Shown: one piece after another, positions 51,950-64,000 of the stretch
How the letters are laid out: each line of letters begins with the position of its first letter
How positions within the stretch are numbered: the stretch's first letter is position 1
Source: Eledone cirrhosa
Taxonomy: Eukaryota
Assembly (NCBI GenBank): GCA_964016885.1
Contig: OZ024752.1
Location: 18,786,001-18,850,000 of the forward strand
Length of the DNA stretch: 64,000 nucleotides
Direction: 5' to 3'
Position numbers and translations under genes: made by a program
Notes under the pieces: generated by a model
Database searches by the model: none
What the model was told of the DNA's origin: nothing
Seen by the model: the letters and a program-made list of their open reading frames with translations, nothing else

Positions 51950-52296
51950 AATTAAGTTAAAGATGTACATCCATATATGTATACTGAAATACTAGTATGT
52001 ATATGAATACACACACGTATACATATGTAGGTGTACCAAGTTTTTTCACTGGTCACTTTACTGTGAGTGGCCAGCTATTCTGTATGTAAACACACAGACA
52101 AACCGGTTTTTAGAGTCATACTAGAGTATGACTCTAAAAACCGGTTTGTCTGTGTGTTTACATACAGAATAGCTGGCCACTCACAGTAAAGTGACCAGTG
52201 AAAAAACTTGGTACACCTACATATGTATACGTGTGTGTATTCATATACATACTAGTATTTCAGTATACATATATGGATGTACATCTTTAACTTAAT
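51950..52296. repeat. Palindrome with about 172-bp arms and 2-nt loop
   Basis: Centre TAGAGTCATACT-AG-AGTATGACTCTA. Arms are exact reverse complements as far as read. Confidence 0.93.
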
Positions 52297-52528
52297 TGTT
52301 TAAGCGTCAGTCATACAAAAGTGAGTTACAAACGAAACGAAATTTAATTTCGTTTCGTTATTTGTTTTTATTTATATATATTTATATATATATATATATT
52401 TATATATATATTTATATATATATTTATATATATATATATATTTATATATATATTTATATATATATTTATATATATATTTATATATATATATATTTATATA
52501 TATATTTATATATATATTTATATATATA

Positions 52529-52711
<183 letters not shown>

Positions 52712-52798
52712 TTATATATATATTTATATATATATATATTTATATATATATTTATATATATATATATTTATATATATATATATATTTATATATATATT

Positions 52799-52831
<33 letters not shown>

Positions 52832-52963
52832 TTATATATATATATATATTTATATATATTTCGTTTCTGAATTTGTTTAGCAAGATTCTTTATCTGAAAT
52901 CGTGTGTTGAAACCGATATTGTTATACTTTGGGAGGGTCATGTTGCCAATAAGAAACACACGC

Positions 52964-53096
52964 AAAGTTCCAAAAGGGGGGGGAACAGGCCAAGCGGAGA
53001 AAGTTGTGATGTCGTTAAGACAGGAATGCCGGCATTCCTGTCTTAACGACATCACAACTTTCTCCGCTTGGCCTGTTCCCCCCCTTTTGGAACTTT
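52964..53096. repeat. Palindrome with about 66-bp arms and no loop
   Basis: Centre GGAATGCC|GGCATTCC. Arms differ only in the G/C run length. Confidence 0.93.
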
Positions 53097-53454
53097 CCCC
53101 CGTTGATGGGCGTGAGCCCGAAATATTGGGATTTAATCTCTACTACGGTAACCCTTCTACCTTTGTTTTGTTTTCATCTTTGTCTCTCTTAATTTTCACT
53201 TTCACCTGTTTTTCCTATCTATCTTTCACTTCCTACCTCGAGATTTCCCTCTGCATTGTTGTGGCTTTCTTAAATACGTATTTTACACATTTCACAATGC
53301 TTCAAGCAAACTTTAACACCCTCATATATATATATATTTATATATATATATTTATATATATTGTTGTTTCCTTGAGCAAGACACTTTATTTCACATTGCT
53401 CCAGTTTACTCAGCTGTAGAAATGAGATGATAGGGACTGGGGTCCCTATCATTC

Positions 53455-53620
53455 CACTGCAAAGTGGTCATGGAGGTGCCACGGCAAAAAAGCACCCAGC
53501 ACTCACTGTAAATGAGGTTGGTGTTAGGAAGGGCATCCAGCTGTAGAAATCAAGCCAGCATCAGTTCCCTTCCCACCCTTGCAAGCAGGGAAAAAGCGGA
53601 CGTAAAATGAAATGAAATGA
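53455..53620 (+). mobile_element. RTE-type 3' UTR fragment with one copy of the 48-mer homolog
   Basis: AAAGTGGTCATGGAGGTGCCACGGCAAAAAAGCACCCAGCACTCACTGTAAATGAGGTTGGTGTTAGGAAGGGCATCC. Confidence 0.75.
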
Positions 53621-53831
53621 TATATATATATATGTTTAACCCCCAAAACTCTTTCCGAGCAATATAAGGAACACTTGTGATTATTTATGCCCGTGAGAAG
53701 CCCAACTGGGCGAAACGTACGTAGGTGTCTGTTTTAAATAAACATGTTTTAACGGTCTATTCTCCGATCTTTTACCTTTCCACGTATATATATATTTATA
53801 TATATATTTATTTATTTATATATATATATAT

Positions 53832-54495
53832 AAAAAGTTCAGAGAGCTTATACCACTATTAGCCGCTAAAGGGTTCTCCCTAAGAATGAAAGGCAGGTTG
53901 TATGATGCCTGCATACGAACAGCAATGTTGCATGGCAGTGAGACTTGGGCATTGTGTGCAGAAGATATACGCAGACTAGAGAGGAACGAAGCTTGCATGC
54001 TCTTTTTTTCCCAGAAAAACCTGGCACGAGCTGATAAATTCTGACCTCACACACTTACACCTCTCCAAGACAATGTCACTGGACCGAGACCTTTGGCGGT
54101 ACTCAGTAATAGAGAAGACCCGCCTTACCTAAATACAAAGTAAAACCTACTACAGCCAGTAGGCATCTCTAACTAAATACACCCCCGTCCCACCACCCCC
54201 ACCCCATCCACACCGCCCCTTCAATGTAAAGTTATGTTGGTGCCACAACATCCAGGCCGAAACAAATGAGATCGTGTAGACACAGTCCACGCTGTAATGT
54301 GGTCGTGTAGGCAACACGGTAAAAACCTCCCAGCCCCACACTGTAAATGTGGTTGGTGTTAGGAAGGGCATCCAGCTGTAGAAAACCCGCCAGACAGTCC
54401 TATGCGAGCAAGATAATCAATCACTCTTGCCTCAAGTGGGAAAACCCCCGTCCAAACCCATGCAAGCGTGGAACACGGACGTTAAACGTTGATGA

Positions 54496-54499
<4 letters not shown>
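53832..54499 (+). mobile_element. 5'-truncated, internally deleted RTE LINE
   Basis: KFRELIPLLAAKGFSLRMKGRLYDACIRTAMLHGSETW, then 3' UTR and (GAT)n tail. Confidence 0.9.
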
Positions 54500-54537
<38 letters not shown>

Positions 54538-54631
54538 TTATATATTTATATATATATATATTTATATATATAATTATAATATTTATATATATATATATTT
54601 ATATATATATATATTTATATATATATATATT

Positions 54632-54959
<328 letters not shown>

Positions 54960-54981
54960 TATATATATATTTATATATATA

Positions 54982-55136
<155 letters not shown>

Positions 55137-55444
55137 ATATTTATATATATTTATATATATATATATATAATATTTATATATATTTATATATATATATTTA
55201 TATATATTTATATATATATATTTATATATATAATATTTATATATATATATATAAATATATTTATATATATTTATATATATATATTTATATATATTTATAT
55301 ATATATATTTATATATATAATATTTATATATATATATATAAATATATATATATTATATTTATATATATATTTATATATTGGTAAACGGAATAGAAAATGC
55401 TGACAAATTGTTCAGTTGAAAAATGGTTTAATTAGGAATAGATA

Positions 55445-55508
<64 letters not shown>

Positions 55509-55618
55509 TATATATATAATATTTATATTTATATATAAATATATATATATAATATTTATATTTATATATAAATATATATATATAATATTTATATTTATAT
55601 ATAAATATATATATATAA

Positions 55619-55663
<45 letters not shown>

Positions 55664-55905
55664 ATTTATATATATTTATATATATATATATTTATATATA
55701 TTTATATATATATATATTTATATATATTTATATATATATTTATATATATATTTTTATATATATATTTATATATATTTATATATATATATTTATATATATA
55801 TTTTTATATATATATTTATATATTTTTATATATATTTTTATATATATATTTATATATATATATATAATATATATATATTTATATTTATATATTTATATTT
55901 ATATA

Positions 55906-55936
<31 letters not shown>

Positions 55937-56353
55937 GCTATACAATGTAGCAGTTGAAAGATGGAGGTATAGTGGGAGAAGTGAAAAGGAATTTTGGTAC
56001 ATGGCAGGAGAACCAAAATAACTGAGATACTTACTAACAGTTTCATCTAGAAAGAGGGGGGGAAAAAGGGGGCACATGGGGGGAGAAGGAGAGATCTCTC
56101 CCCACCACTGTTATTTTTCTTATGTGCTTTGTGATTGAAGCTAGTCTCTGTAAGAGGGATAAGTGTTTTTTGTTTGGGTCACAGATAATTTCTGACATTT
56201 TTAAATACATAAGTCAGTGTGTAGATCTGTGTACGAGTATGTGTGGATATACTTTCCACACGTAATGTGTGTACTTCTCCTTGTTAGTACACAAGTATGT
56301 ATTGCAACCATGCCCCATTAAATCCCCTTTTTTCAGAAATAGTATATCTAGGG

Positions 56354-56666
56354 CAGTGGTTCCCAACCTTTTGTGCACCATGCCCCACCTCAACATCCCC
56401 CACTTTGATATAAAAACAGCGATGATCAACTAAGAAGTGTAAAGAAATTGGCGTATGGGTGGTACCAGATGCACAACATCATGTGTGGAGGAGGTGAGAC
56501 TAAAGTTTCAGACCATAATTTGTTCCAAAGATGCCTTGGCGTAAAAGTAATAAGGTAAAACCTGAAGTTCGATCTCATTATCATTTTCTAATTGCCCCCC
56601 CCCCCCCTCCTCTGGATATTCGAATTGCTCCCCTGTGGGGCGTGCACCCCCTGCTGGGAATCATTG
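56354..56666. mobile_element. hAT-type MITE
   Basis: TIRs CAGTGGTTCCCAAC / GCTGGGAATCATTG with imperfect 8-bp TSD ATCTAGGG / ATCTAAGA. Confidence 0.75.
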
Positions 56667-57057
56667 ATCTAAGATTACATTAACCAGTGCTTCATTTATA
56701 TAAAATGGAAAATCACAAGAGGGTGATTTGACTGTTACTTTCTCACAGGTCAGTCTACCATATAAAGGTCAATAGTTTATTTCTACAATTATGTTTTTTT
56801 TCCTGTACCCCATGCTTGTAAAATGTGATCAAGTTGTCCTGTTATATGTGTAGCTGTGTGGTTAAAGAGTTTGTTTCACAACCATGGGATTTTGTGTTAA
56901 CTTCCCACTGTAGGGTACCTTAGGTACATCTTCTATAACCACAGTCTTAGTGAAATTTAGTTCACAGAAACTGCATAAGCTAATTGCGTATCATCATCAT
57001 CATCACCGTTTAATGTCCATTTTCCACGCTAACATGGTTAGATAGGCTGTCAGCACC

Positions 57058-57390
57058 TGTTGGTTTTCACTTCAATTTATTATAAATTTATGGTTGGTTG
57101 GTTGGTTGGATAACTGGATGGTTGTCTATATATTGTCAAAGCTTTTTCATCAGATTCTGTAACCTCCTCAGTGACTGGGTTTTTAATTTGTGTTTCTCCT
57201 TTGTTCTGTCCTGCACCATCTTATATGTAAATAAAAATCCTGTCACTGAGGAGGTCACAGAATGTGTGACAAAAGAGCTTAGACAATATATAAAACAACC
57301 ACCTGGTTATTGAACTAACCAGCCACCTGGAAATTTATAATAAATTGAAGTGAAAACCAACAGCATGACCCTCCCAAAGTATAACAATAT
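57058..57390. mobile_element. Old fold-back element of hammerhead family B (decayed ribozyme in each arm)
   Basis: TGGTTTTCACTTCAATTTATTATAAATTT / AAATTTATAATAAATTGAAGTGAAAACCA, with CTGAGGA..gtcaca..tgtgac on the right arm. Homologous to 35430-35630. Confidence 0.75.
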
Positions 57391-57726
57391 ATATATATAG
57401 TTAAATCTTAGACAGGAACAAAAACAGGCAGTACAAATATTAGTTTATTAGGTTCACGCTTTTGAGAGTGGTGGTGGGGGGGATATATATTAAAATATTG
57501 ATTAATAGGTAAAATTATTAATTATATTATCTGACAAACATATAGGTTAACCAAAGTGTTAAAGATAGTCACTGTTAGAACCTAAAGTCAGGTCTACTAA
57601 TATAAAATTTAAGAATTTTTCTTAGGAGTAGTAACACAATAATTCAAGGGTAAGAAATTGTCTAGACAAAGGTATCCACATAATATGTTTGTTTGTAAAA
57701 TTATATAGGCACAATGACATAAGATA

Positions 57727-57862
57727 TGACTCTTTAGAGAGTCATATCTCTACAGTCATATCTCTACAGTCATATCTCTAGTCAAATTCATAGTCATATC
57801 TATACTACAGTCATATCTATGCAGTCATATCTCTACAGTTATATCTATAGAGTCATATCTGT
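57727..57862. repeat. Short tandem repeat of about 14-bp AGTCATATCTCTAC
   Basis: About 8 imperfect copies preceded by a small hairpin GATATGACTCT-TTAG-AGAGTCATATC. Confidence 0.75.
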
Positions 57863-58019
57863 AAAGTTCTTCCAACACATGGAAATCATTAGCAAGGTGT
57901 TTCCTTAAGCTAGACCTTGATATTAACTTAATGCCTACGTGACAGAAGGTTTCTTCTCTCTTCTTATTCCTTTACCCATTTCTAATGCTAAACATTCAGC
58001 ACAACGCTGAACTTAATCA

Positions 58020-58055
<36 letters not shown>

Positions 58056-58079
58056 CACCGTTTAATGTCCATATAAATA

Positions 58080-58720
58080 TTCATCATCATCATCACTGTT
58101 TAATGTCCATTTTCCCACGTTAGCATGGCTTAGACAAGTTATCCTGTTGTGAGCAATTACAGGTCAGGTGACCATGTCTTGCTCATACAGAACTGGTTTT
58201 AGCTTGATTTCTACAGCAGGATCCTAACACCAGCTTCATTTACAGTGAGTACTAGGTGCTTTTTGTGACACCTATACGACCATTTTATAGTTTGGACTGA
58301 ACACTTTTTGTCATGTTGCCATCACAACCACTTTACAGTGTGGGCTGGAGGCTTCACCAGATGTATGGGAGGGTGAGGTGTGCTGGGTGTTGCATACAAT
58401 ATATATGCTTCAGCTTCAGCTTGTGCCCGTGGGAAGGCGGGTCTCCTGTATTACTGCATAATGCCAGAGATCTCAGTTCTGTGTCATTGTCTTTGAGAGG
58501 TGAAATTGGGCAAACATTACCTGAAGTCTTCCTGCGTCCCCCCACTCCAAGGTTTTCATCGACTTTGAGCACTCTGAACCTTTTTATACAACTGTCATCA
58601 TTCATACGCATCACATGTCCATAGCAACGCAATCTCCTCTCCTGCACATTGCATCAGATTTCTCTTATGCCTAGTTTCTCTCTTAGTTTGTTTATGCTTT
58701 GCTGTTCACATATATTACTA
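58080..58720 (-). mobile_element. Degenerate RTE LINE 3' fragment
   Basis: QERRLRCYGHVMRMNDDSCIK, 3' UTR and (GAT)n tail on minus strand. Confidence 0.85.
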
Positions 58721-58999
58721 TATATATTATCATCATCATCACTGTTTGACATCTATTTTCCATGTGCTGAGGCCAGATTGGTCAGGTGATTAGGTCCTAC
58801 TTGCATGTTTTGTTTTGGCTTGGTTTCTATGGCTGGATGCCAACCACTTTACAGCATGTATTGGGAGCATTTTAACATGGCACCAACACTACCACTTTTA
58901 CAGGGTGGACTGGGTGCTTTTCATCATGGTACCAGCACTATCTCGGGAGACATTTCCCAAGTCTCACTAGCATGTAGCATTACCATTCGCACACAAAGT

Positions 59000-59445
59000 A
59001 GCCAATGCTGTTGATTACATCTAGGGAGCCATCTGTAATTTTGCTGTTTGCACACAAACATGATACAATTTGCCTTTCATTTTGAAGGAAAAGACTTTTG
59101 TGGCATTGGCAGTATTTTCCTGTTTTCTTGCCTGTTCTCTGGCAAGTGTGGTTACAGAACACTTTCTGCTACTGTTAATATGGTCATCCATATTAACAGG
59201 CTATGTCTCCTGTGGGCTGCTGTGCATTGATCACATAGAAAGCTTACATTGTTTGCAAGCACTGCTGCAACTCCACTACATCTTCTATGTACTCTTAGCT
59301 TACATTTTGTACATAAGGTGGAATTTCTACCTACTCCTTTCCTGCTGAGCAAGGCCATTTCCTGAGGAAATGTTTTCTTTTTTGCTTAATAGGATTTTGG
59401 CTTTTTGATTCCAGATTTTACTTCCATGTCTGGAATTTCTTCAGA
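59000..59445 (-). mobile_element. Highly degenerate RTE LINE fragment
   Basis: RKGVGRNSTLCTKCKLRVHRRCSG..FLCDQC, matching the zinc-finger segment of the other copies. Confidence 0.75.
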
Positions 59446-60227
59446 AATACATATATATATATATAAATATATATATATATAAATAAATATTTAATATTGG
59501 TTTATGAAGCTAGCCAAAGAGAATCTGGGCAGCTTGGTCATTCCTTACTCCCTCAAAGATTTGTACATAAGAAAATACAAACTTATAACTTAGAGTACAC
59601 ACTATATGTTATTAGTAAGGAAACGGCAGCACAAAGTAATGATAGTTGTATATCATACATATGTGGAGTAGCAATAGTCCCTGTGTTACAGTCTGATCAT
59701 AGCAGTTACAACTGCAACACACATACACACTCACACACACACATACACACTCACACACACACACACTACACTCACATACACACTCTTTCTCTCTCTCTCT
59801 ATTATTTTATTTATTTAGTGTCATCTAACTCCGGTTGGTGACACACATATATGATTTTTCCATATATATATATATACATATACACATACACACATATATA
59901 TAATCATCCTCATTATCATTTAATTTGCCTTTCATCCTTAAGGGGTCGATAAAATAAAGTACCAGTAATACACTGGGATAATTGCTGGCCTTGTGCCAAA
60001 AGTAGAAACAATTATCATTTAACGTCTATTTTCGCTGCTGGCAAGGGTTGGACAAGTCTCTTCACAGACAGTCTGTATTGAAGCAAGAGGCCACTGACCT
60101 CCCAGACAGGCTAGGGATTCGCATTTCACTTGCATACAGTTCTGCATTCTGCCAAGTGTATTTTATCTTGGCACCAGCACTAGAGAGGTTGTCATGTCTT
60201 TGGCGGGTCCTCCCAACTTTTTGTTTC

Positions 60228-62092
60228 ACAAGCTTTCTACAGCTGAATTCTTTTCCTAACACCAATCACTTTACAGCATGTTTTGGGAGCAAGCTTTCTA
60301 CAGCTTGATGTCCTTCCTAACACCAACCACTTTACAGCATGTACTGGGAGCAAGCTTTCTACAGCTTGATGTCCTTCCTATCACCAACCACTTTACAGCA
60401 TGTATTGGGAGCAAGCTTTCTACAGCTTGATGTCCTTCCTAACACCAACCACTTTACAGCATGTATTGGGAGCAAGCTTTCTACAGCTTGATGTCCTTCC
60501 TAACACCAACCACTTTACAGCATGTATTGGGAGCAAGCTTTCTACAGCTTGATGTCCTTCCTAACACCAACCACTTTACAGCATGTATTGGGAGCAAGCT
60601 TTCTACAGCTGAATTCTTTTCCTAACACCAATCACTTTACAGCATGTTTTGGGAGCAAGCTTTCTACAGCTTGATGTCCTTCCTAACACCAACCACTTTA
60701 CAGCATGTATTGGGAGCAAGCTTTCTACAGCTTGATGTCCTTCCTAACACCAACCACTTTACAGCATGTATTGGGAGCAAGCTTTCTACAGCTGAATTCT
60801 TTTCCTAACACCAATCACTTTACAGCATGTTTTGGGAGCAAGCTTTCTACAGCTTGATGTCCTTCCTAACACCAACCACTTTACAGCATGTATTGGGAGC
60901 AAGCTTTCTACAGCTTGATGTCCTTCCTAACACCAACCACTTTACAGCATGTATTGGGAGCAAGCTTTCTACAGCTGAATTCTTTTCCTAACACCAATCA
61001 CTTTACAGCATGTTTTGGGAGCAAGCTTTCTACAGCTTGATGTCCTTCCTATCACCAATCACTTTACAGCATGTATTGGGAGCAAGGTTTCTACAGCTTG
61101 ATGTCCTTCCTAACACCAATCACTTTACAACATGTATTGGAAGCAAGGTTTCTACAGCTTGATGTCCTTCCTAACACCAATCACTTTACAGCATGTATTG
61201 GGAGCAAGGTTTCTACAGCTTGATGTCCTTCCTAACACCAATCACTTTACAGCATGTATTGGGAGCAAGCTTTCTACAGCTGAATTCTTTTCCTAACATC
61301 AATCACTTTACAGCATGTATTGGGAGCAAGCTTTCTACAGCTTGATGTCCTTCCTAACACCAATCACTTTACAGCATGTATTGGGAGCAAGGTTTCTACA
61401 GCTTGATGTCCTTCCTAACACCAATCACTTTACAACATGTATTGGGAGCAAGGTTTCTACAGCTTGATGTCCTTCCTAACACCAATCACTTTACAGCATG
61501 TATTGGGAGCAAGCTTTCTACAGCTGAATTCTTTTCCTAACATCAATCACTTTACAGCATGTATTGGGAGCAAGGTTTCTACAGCTTGATGTCCTTCCTA
61601 ACACCAATCACTTTACAACATGTATTGGGAGCAAGCTTTCTACAGCTTGATGTCCTTCCTAACACCAATCACTTTACAACATGTATTGGGAGCAAGGTTT
61701 CTACAGCTTGATGTCCTTCCTAACACCAATCACTTTACAGCATGTATTGGGAGCAAGCTTTCTACAGCTGAATTCTTTTCCTAACATCAATCACTTTACA
61801 GCATGTATTGGGAGCAAGGTTTCTACAGCTTGATGTCCTTCCTAACACCAATCACTTTACAACATGTATTGGGAGCAAGCTTTCTACAGCTTGATGTCCT
61901 TCCTAACACCAATCACTTTACAATATATATTGGGAGCAAGCTTTCTATGGCTGGATACCCTTCCTATCACAAGCATTTTACATATACTGGGAGCCTGGTT
62001 TCTATGGCTGGATACCCTTCCTATCACCAACTAATTTACAGCATGTACTGGGAACATAGTTTCTATGGCTGTATGTCCTTCCTAACACCAAA
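60228..62092 (-). repeat. 61-bp tandem array (about 30 copies) from RTE-type 3' UTR, minus orientation
   Basis: Unit GCAAGCTTTCTACAGCTTGATGTCCTTCCTAACACCAACCACTTTACAGCATGTATTGGGA. Its reverse complement aligns with the 29516-30003 unit, and the UTR terminus lies at about 60012-60060. Confidence 0.96.
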
Positions 62093-62229
62093 CTTTAGAT
62101 TTAATTCTTTTCTTTTTTACATGTTTTATAGTTCCTTGTTTTATTTCCAATCATAAACATGTTCTATTAGAAGGATAATTTAACTGTTAAGTCCATGTTA
62201 ATAGATTTAGTGGACTGGAACATTTCAAT

Positions 62230-62460
62230 TTAACCCAGCTGCACTTAAACCGGCTGTATCCGGCCAGAATTCTTTCACCCCTTTTTGTTCAAAGTGGTCG
62301 TAACTTGCTACTCATACTGATGTTACGGTATTGTTTTCAAAATAAATATCATCAAAATCTCATAGATTCAATATTATGTGGGATAGTTATGTGAGGTAAA
62401 GCCCTTTACTGTGAAAATACAATAGTATATCTAGAGTAATGTAAATGCTAAAGGGTTCAA
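62230..62460. mobile_element. piggyBac-type MITE
   Basis: TTAACCC...AATGTAAATGCTAAAGGG, homologous to 28089-28308. Confidence 0.78.
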
Positions 62461-63231
62461 CAGTAACTCTTTAAAATGGGTAGATTTGTTTCAAAGTACC
62501 ACAGCTGGTTTATGTTGGGTTGGTATCAAAAGTCTTAAATACGAATTAAAAACATGTCATAGAATTACTGGATGCTTCTGTCTAGCTTGTGGCATTAATT
62601 ATTTTATCCTTATCCATATTGTAGTTTTTATTCTACTACATACTTCTGTATCTAGAACAATCTTATATCATTATAAACCTTTTCTTAGTTACTAACAACA
62701 ACAAACATTACCTGAAAGAAGGACTTAATACAAAATGTAGAGTCAAATTCTTTTTTTGTATTTTACAATGGAAAGCTTTTCAAACAATAAATATATGAAA
62801 TGGGATGTAGTGTTTATATACAAATATTTGGTTTTCAGTGTGAGATCATGGTGATGGTGGTGGAACTGAGCTAGTTGCTGAGTTGGGCAATGTAAACTGG
62901 TGTTAAAGAATTATGTTAGGGAATTGACACAACCAACAATGGGAATATAAATGTTAAAAATAGAAAATGGCGAATTAAAGAATGTATATTTTTGGAATAT
63001 AAATAATTTTCTTTAAAAAAAAAAAAAATAAAAGGAAAGAAGCTGATTGTCAGATTGGACCAAGGAAGCCATGTTTCCATTGGTTTCCCATTGCTGATAC
63101 TAATCTGCCAGTAGAGACAGATGATGATACTGATGATAATCATTATTGTCATCATTGTTTAACATCCATTATCCATGCTAGCATGGCTTAGACGTGGTGT
63201 ATACTAGATAAAGGCCTCACCTCCTGTTTGT

Positions 63232-64000
63232 TACAAGTACCACTGCCACCACATCTACGCTACACCTGAAACCAAGTACCACTGCCACCACATCTACACC
63301 ACACCTGAAACCAAGTACCACTGCCACCACATCTACCCCACATCACACCTGAAACCAAGTACCACTACCACCACATCTACCCCACACCACACCTGAAACC
63401 AAGTACCACTGCCACCACATCTACCCCACAGCACACTTGAAACCAAGTACCGCTGCCACCACATCTACCCCACAGCACACCTGAAACCAAGTACCACTGC
63501 CACCACATCTACCCCACAGCACACCTGAAACCAAGTACCACTGCCACCACATCTACCCTACACCACACCTGAAACCAAGTACCACTGCCACCACATCTAC
63601 CCTACACCACACCTGAAACCAAGTACCACTGCCACCACATCTACCCTACACCACACCTGAAACCAAGTACCACTGCCACCACATCTACACCACACCTGAA
63701 ACCAAGTACCACTACCACCACATCTACTCCACACCACACCTGAAACCAAGTACCACTACCACCACATCTACCCCACAGCACACCTGAAACCAAGTACCAC
63801 AACCACCACACACCCCACCTGAAACCAAGTACCACTGCCACCACATCTACCCTACACCACACCTGAAACCAAGTACCACTACCACCACATCTACCCCACA
63901 GCACACCTGAAACCAAGTACCACAACCACCACACACCCCACCTGAAACCAAGTACCACTGCCACCACAACTACCCCACACCACACCTGAAACCAAGTACC
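63232..64000. repeat. C/A-rich minisatellite, 44-bp unit with shorter variants, open at the right edge
   Basis: Unit CCTGAAACCAAGTACCACTGCCACCACATCTACCCCACAGCACA. Confidence 0.95.

Noticed and set aside
51972-52030. Hammerhead in the 52-kb palindrome (CTGAAAT...GAAT)
   Set aside because: Both core boxes deviate and the stems are not in register.

Overview
Eukaryotic, AT-rich, repeat-dense animal DNA. The RTE LINEs with (GAT)n tails, the tRNA-SINE families and the long (TA)n/(CA)n tracts suggest a cephalopod such as an octopus (inference). Bases 1-20.6 kb are a 48-bp tandem array that grades directly into the 3' UTR of an RTE-clade LINE and is homologous to a short minisatellite in that UTR. 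Two 61-bp arrays (29.5 kb and 60.2-62.1 kb) derive from the adjacent part of the same UTR. The only host coding sequence recognised is exon 1 of a prolyl 3-hydroxylase/CRTAP (leprecan family) gene at 31503-31925, followed by an intron with no second exon found in the window. This intron holds a 5.7-kb near-identical tandem duplication, RTE and RTE-X fragments, MITEs and many fold-back palindromes embedded in (TA)n. Several palindromes, and a 4-kb inverted repeat centred on a Penelope-like GIY-YIG endonuclease remnant, contain type I hammerhead ribozyme folds. These fall into at least five sequence families, mostly with short or palindromic stem III and some with covarying stem II. All structures were folded by eye and none was computed.
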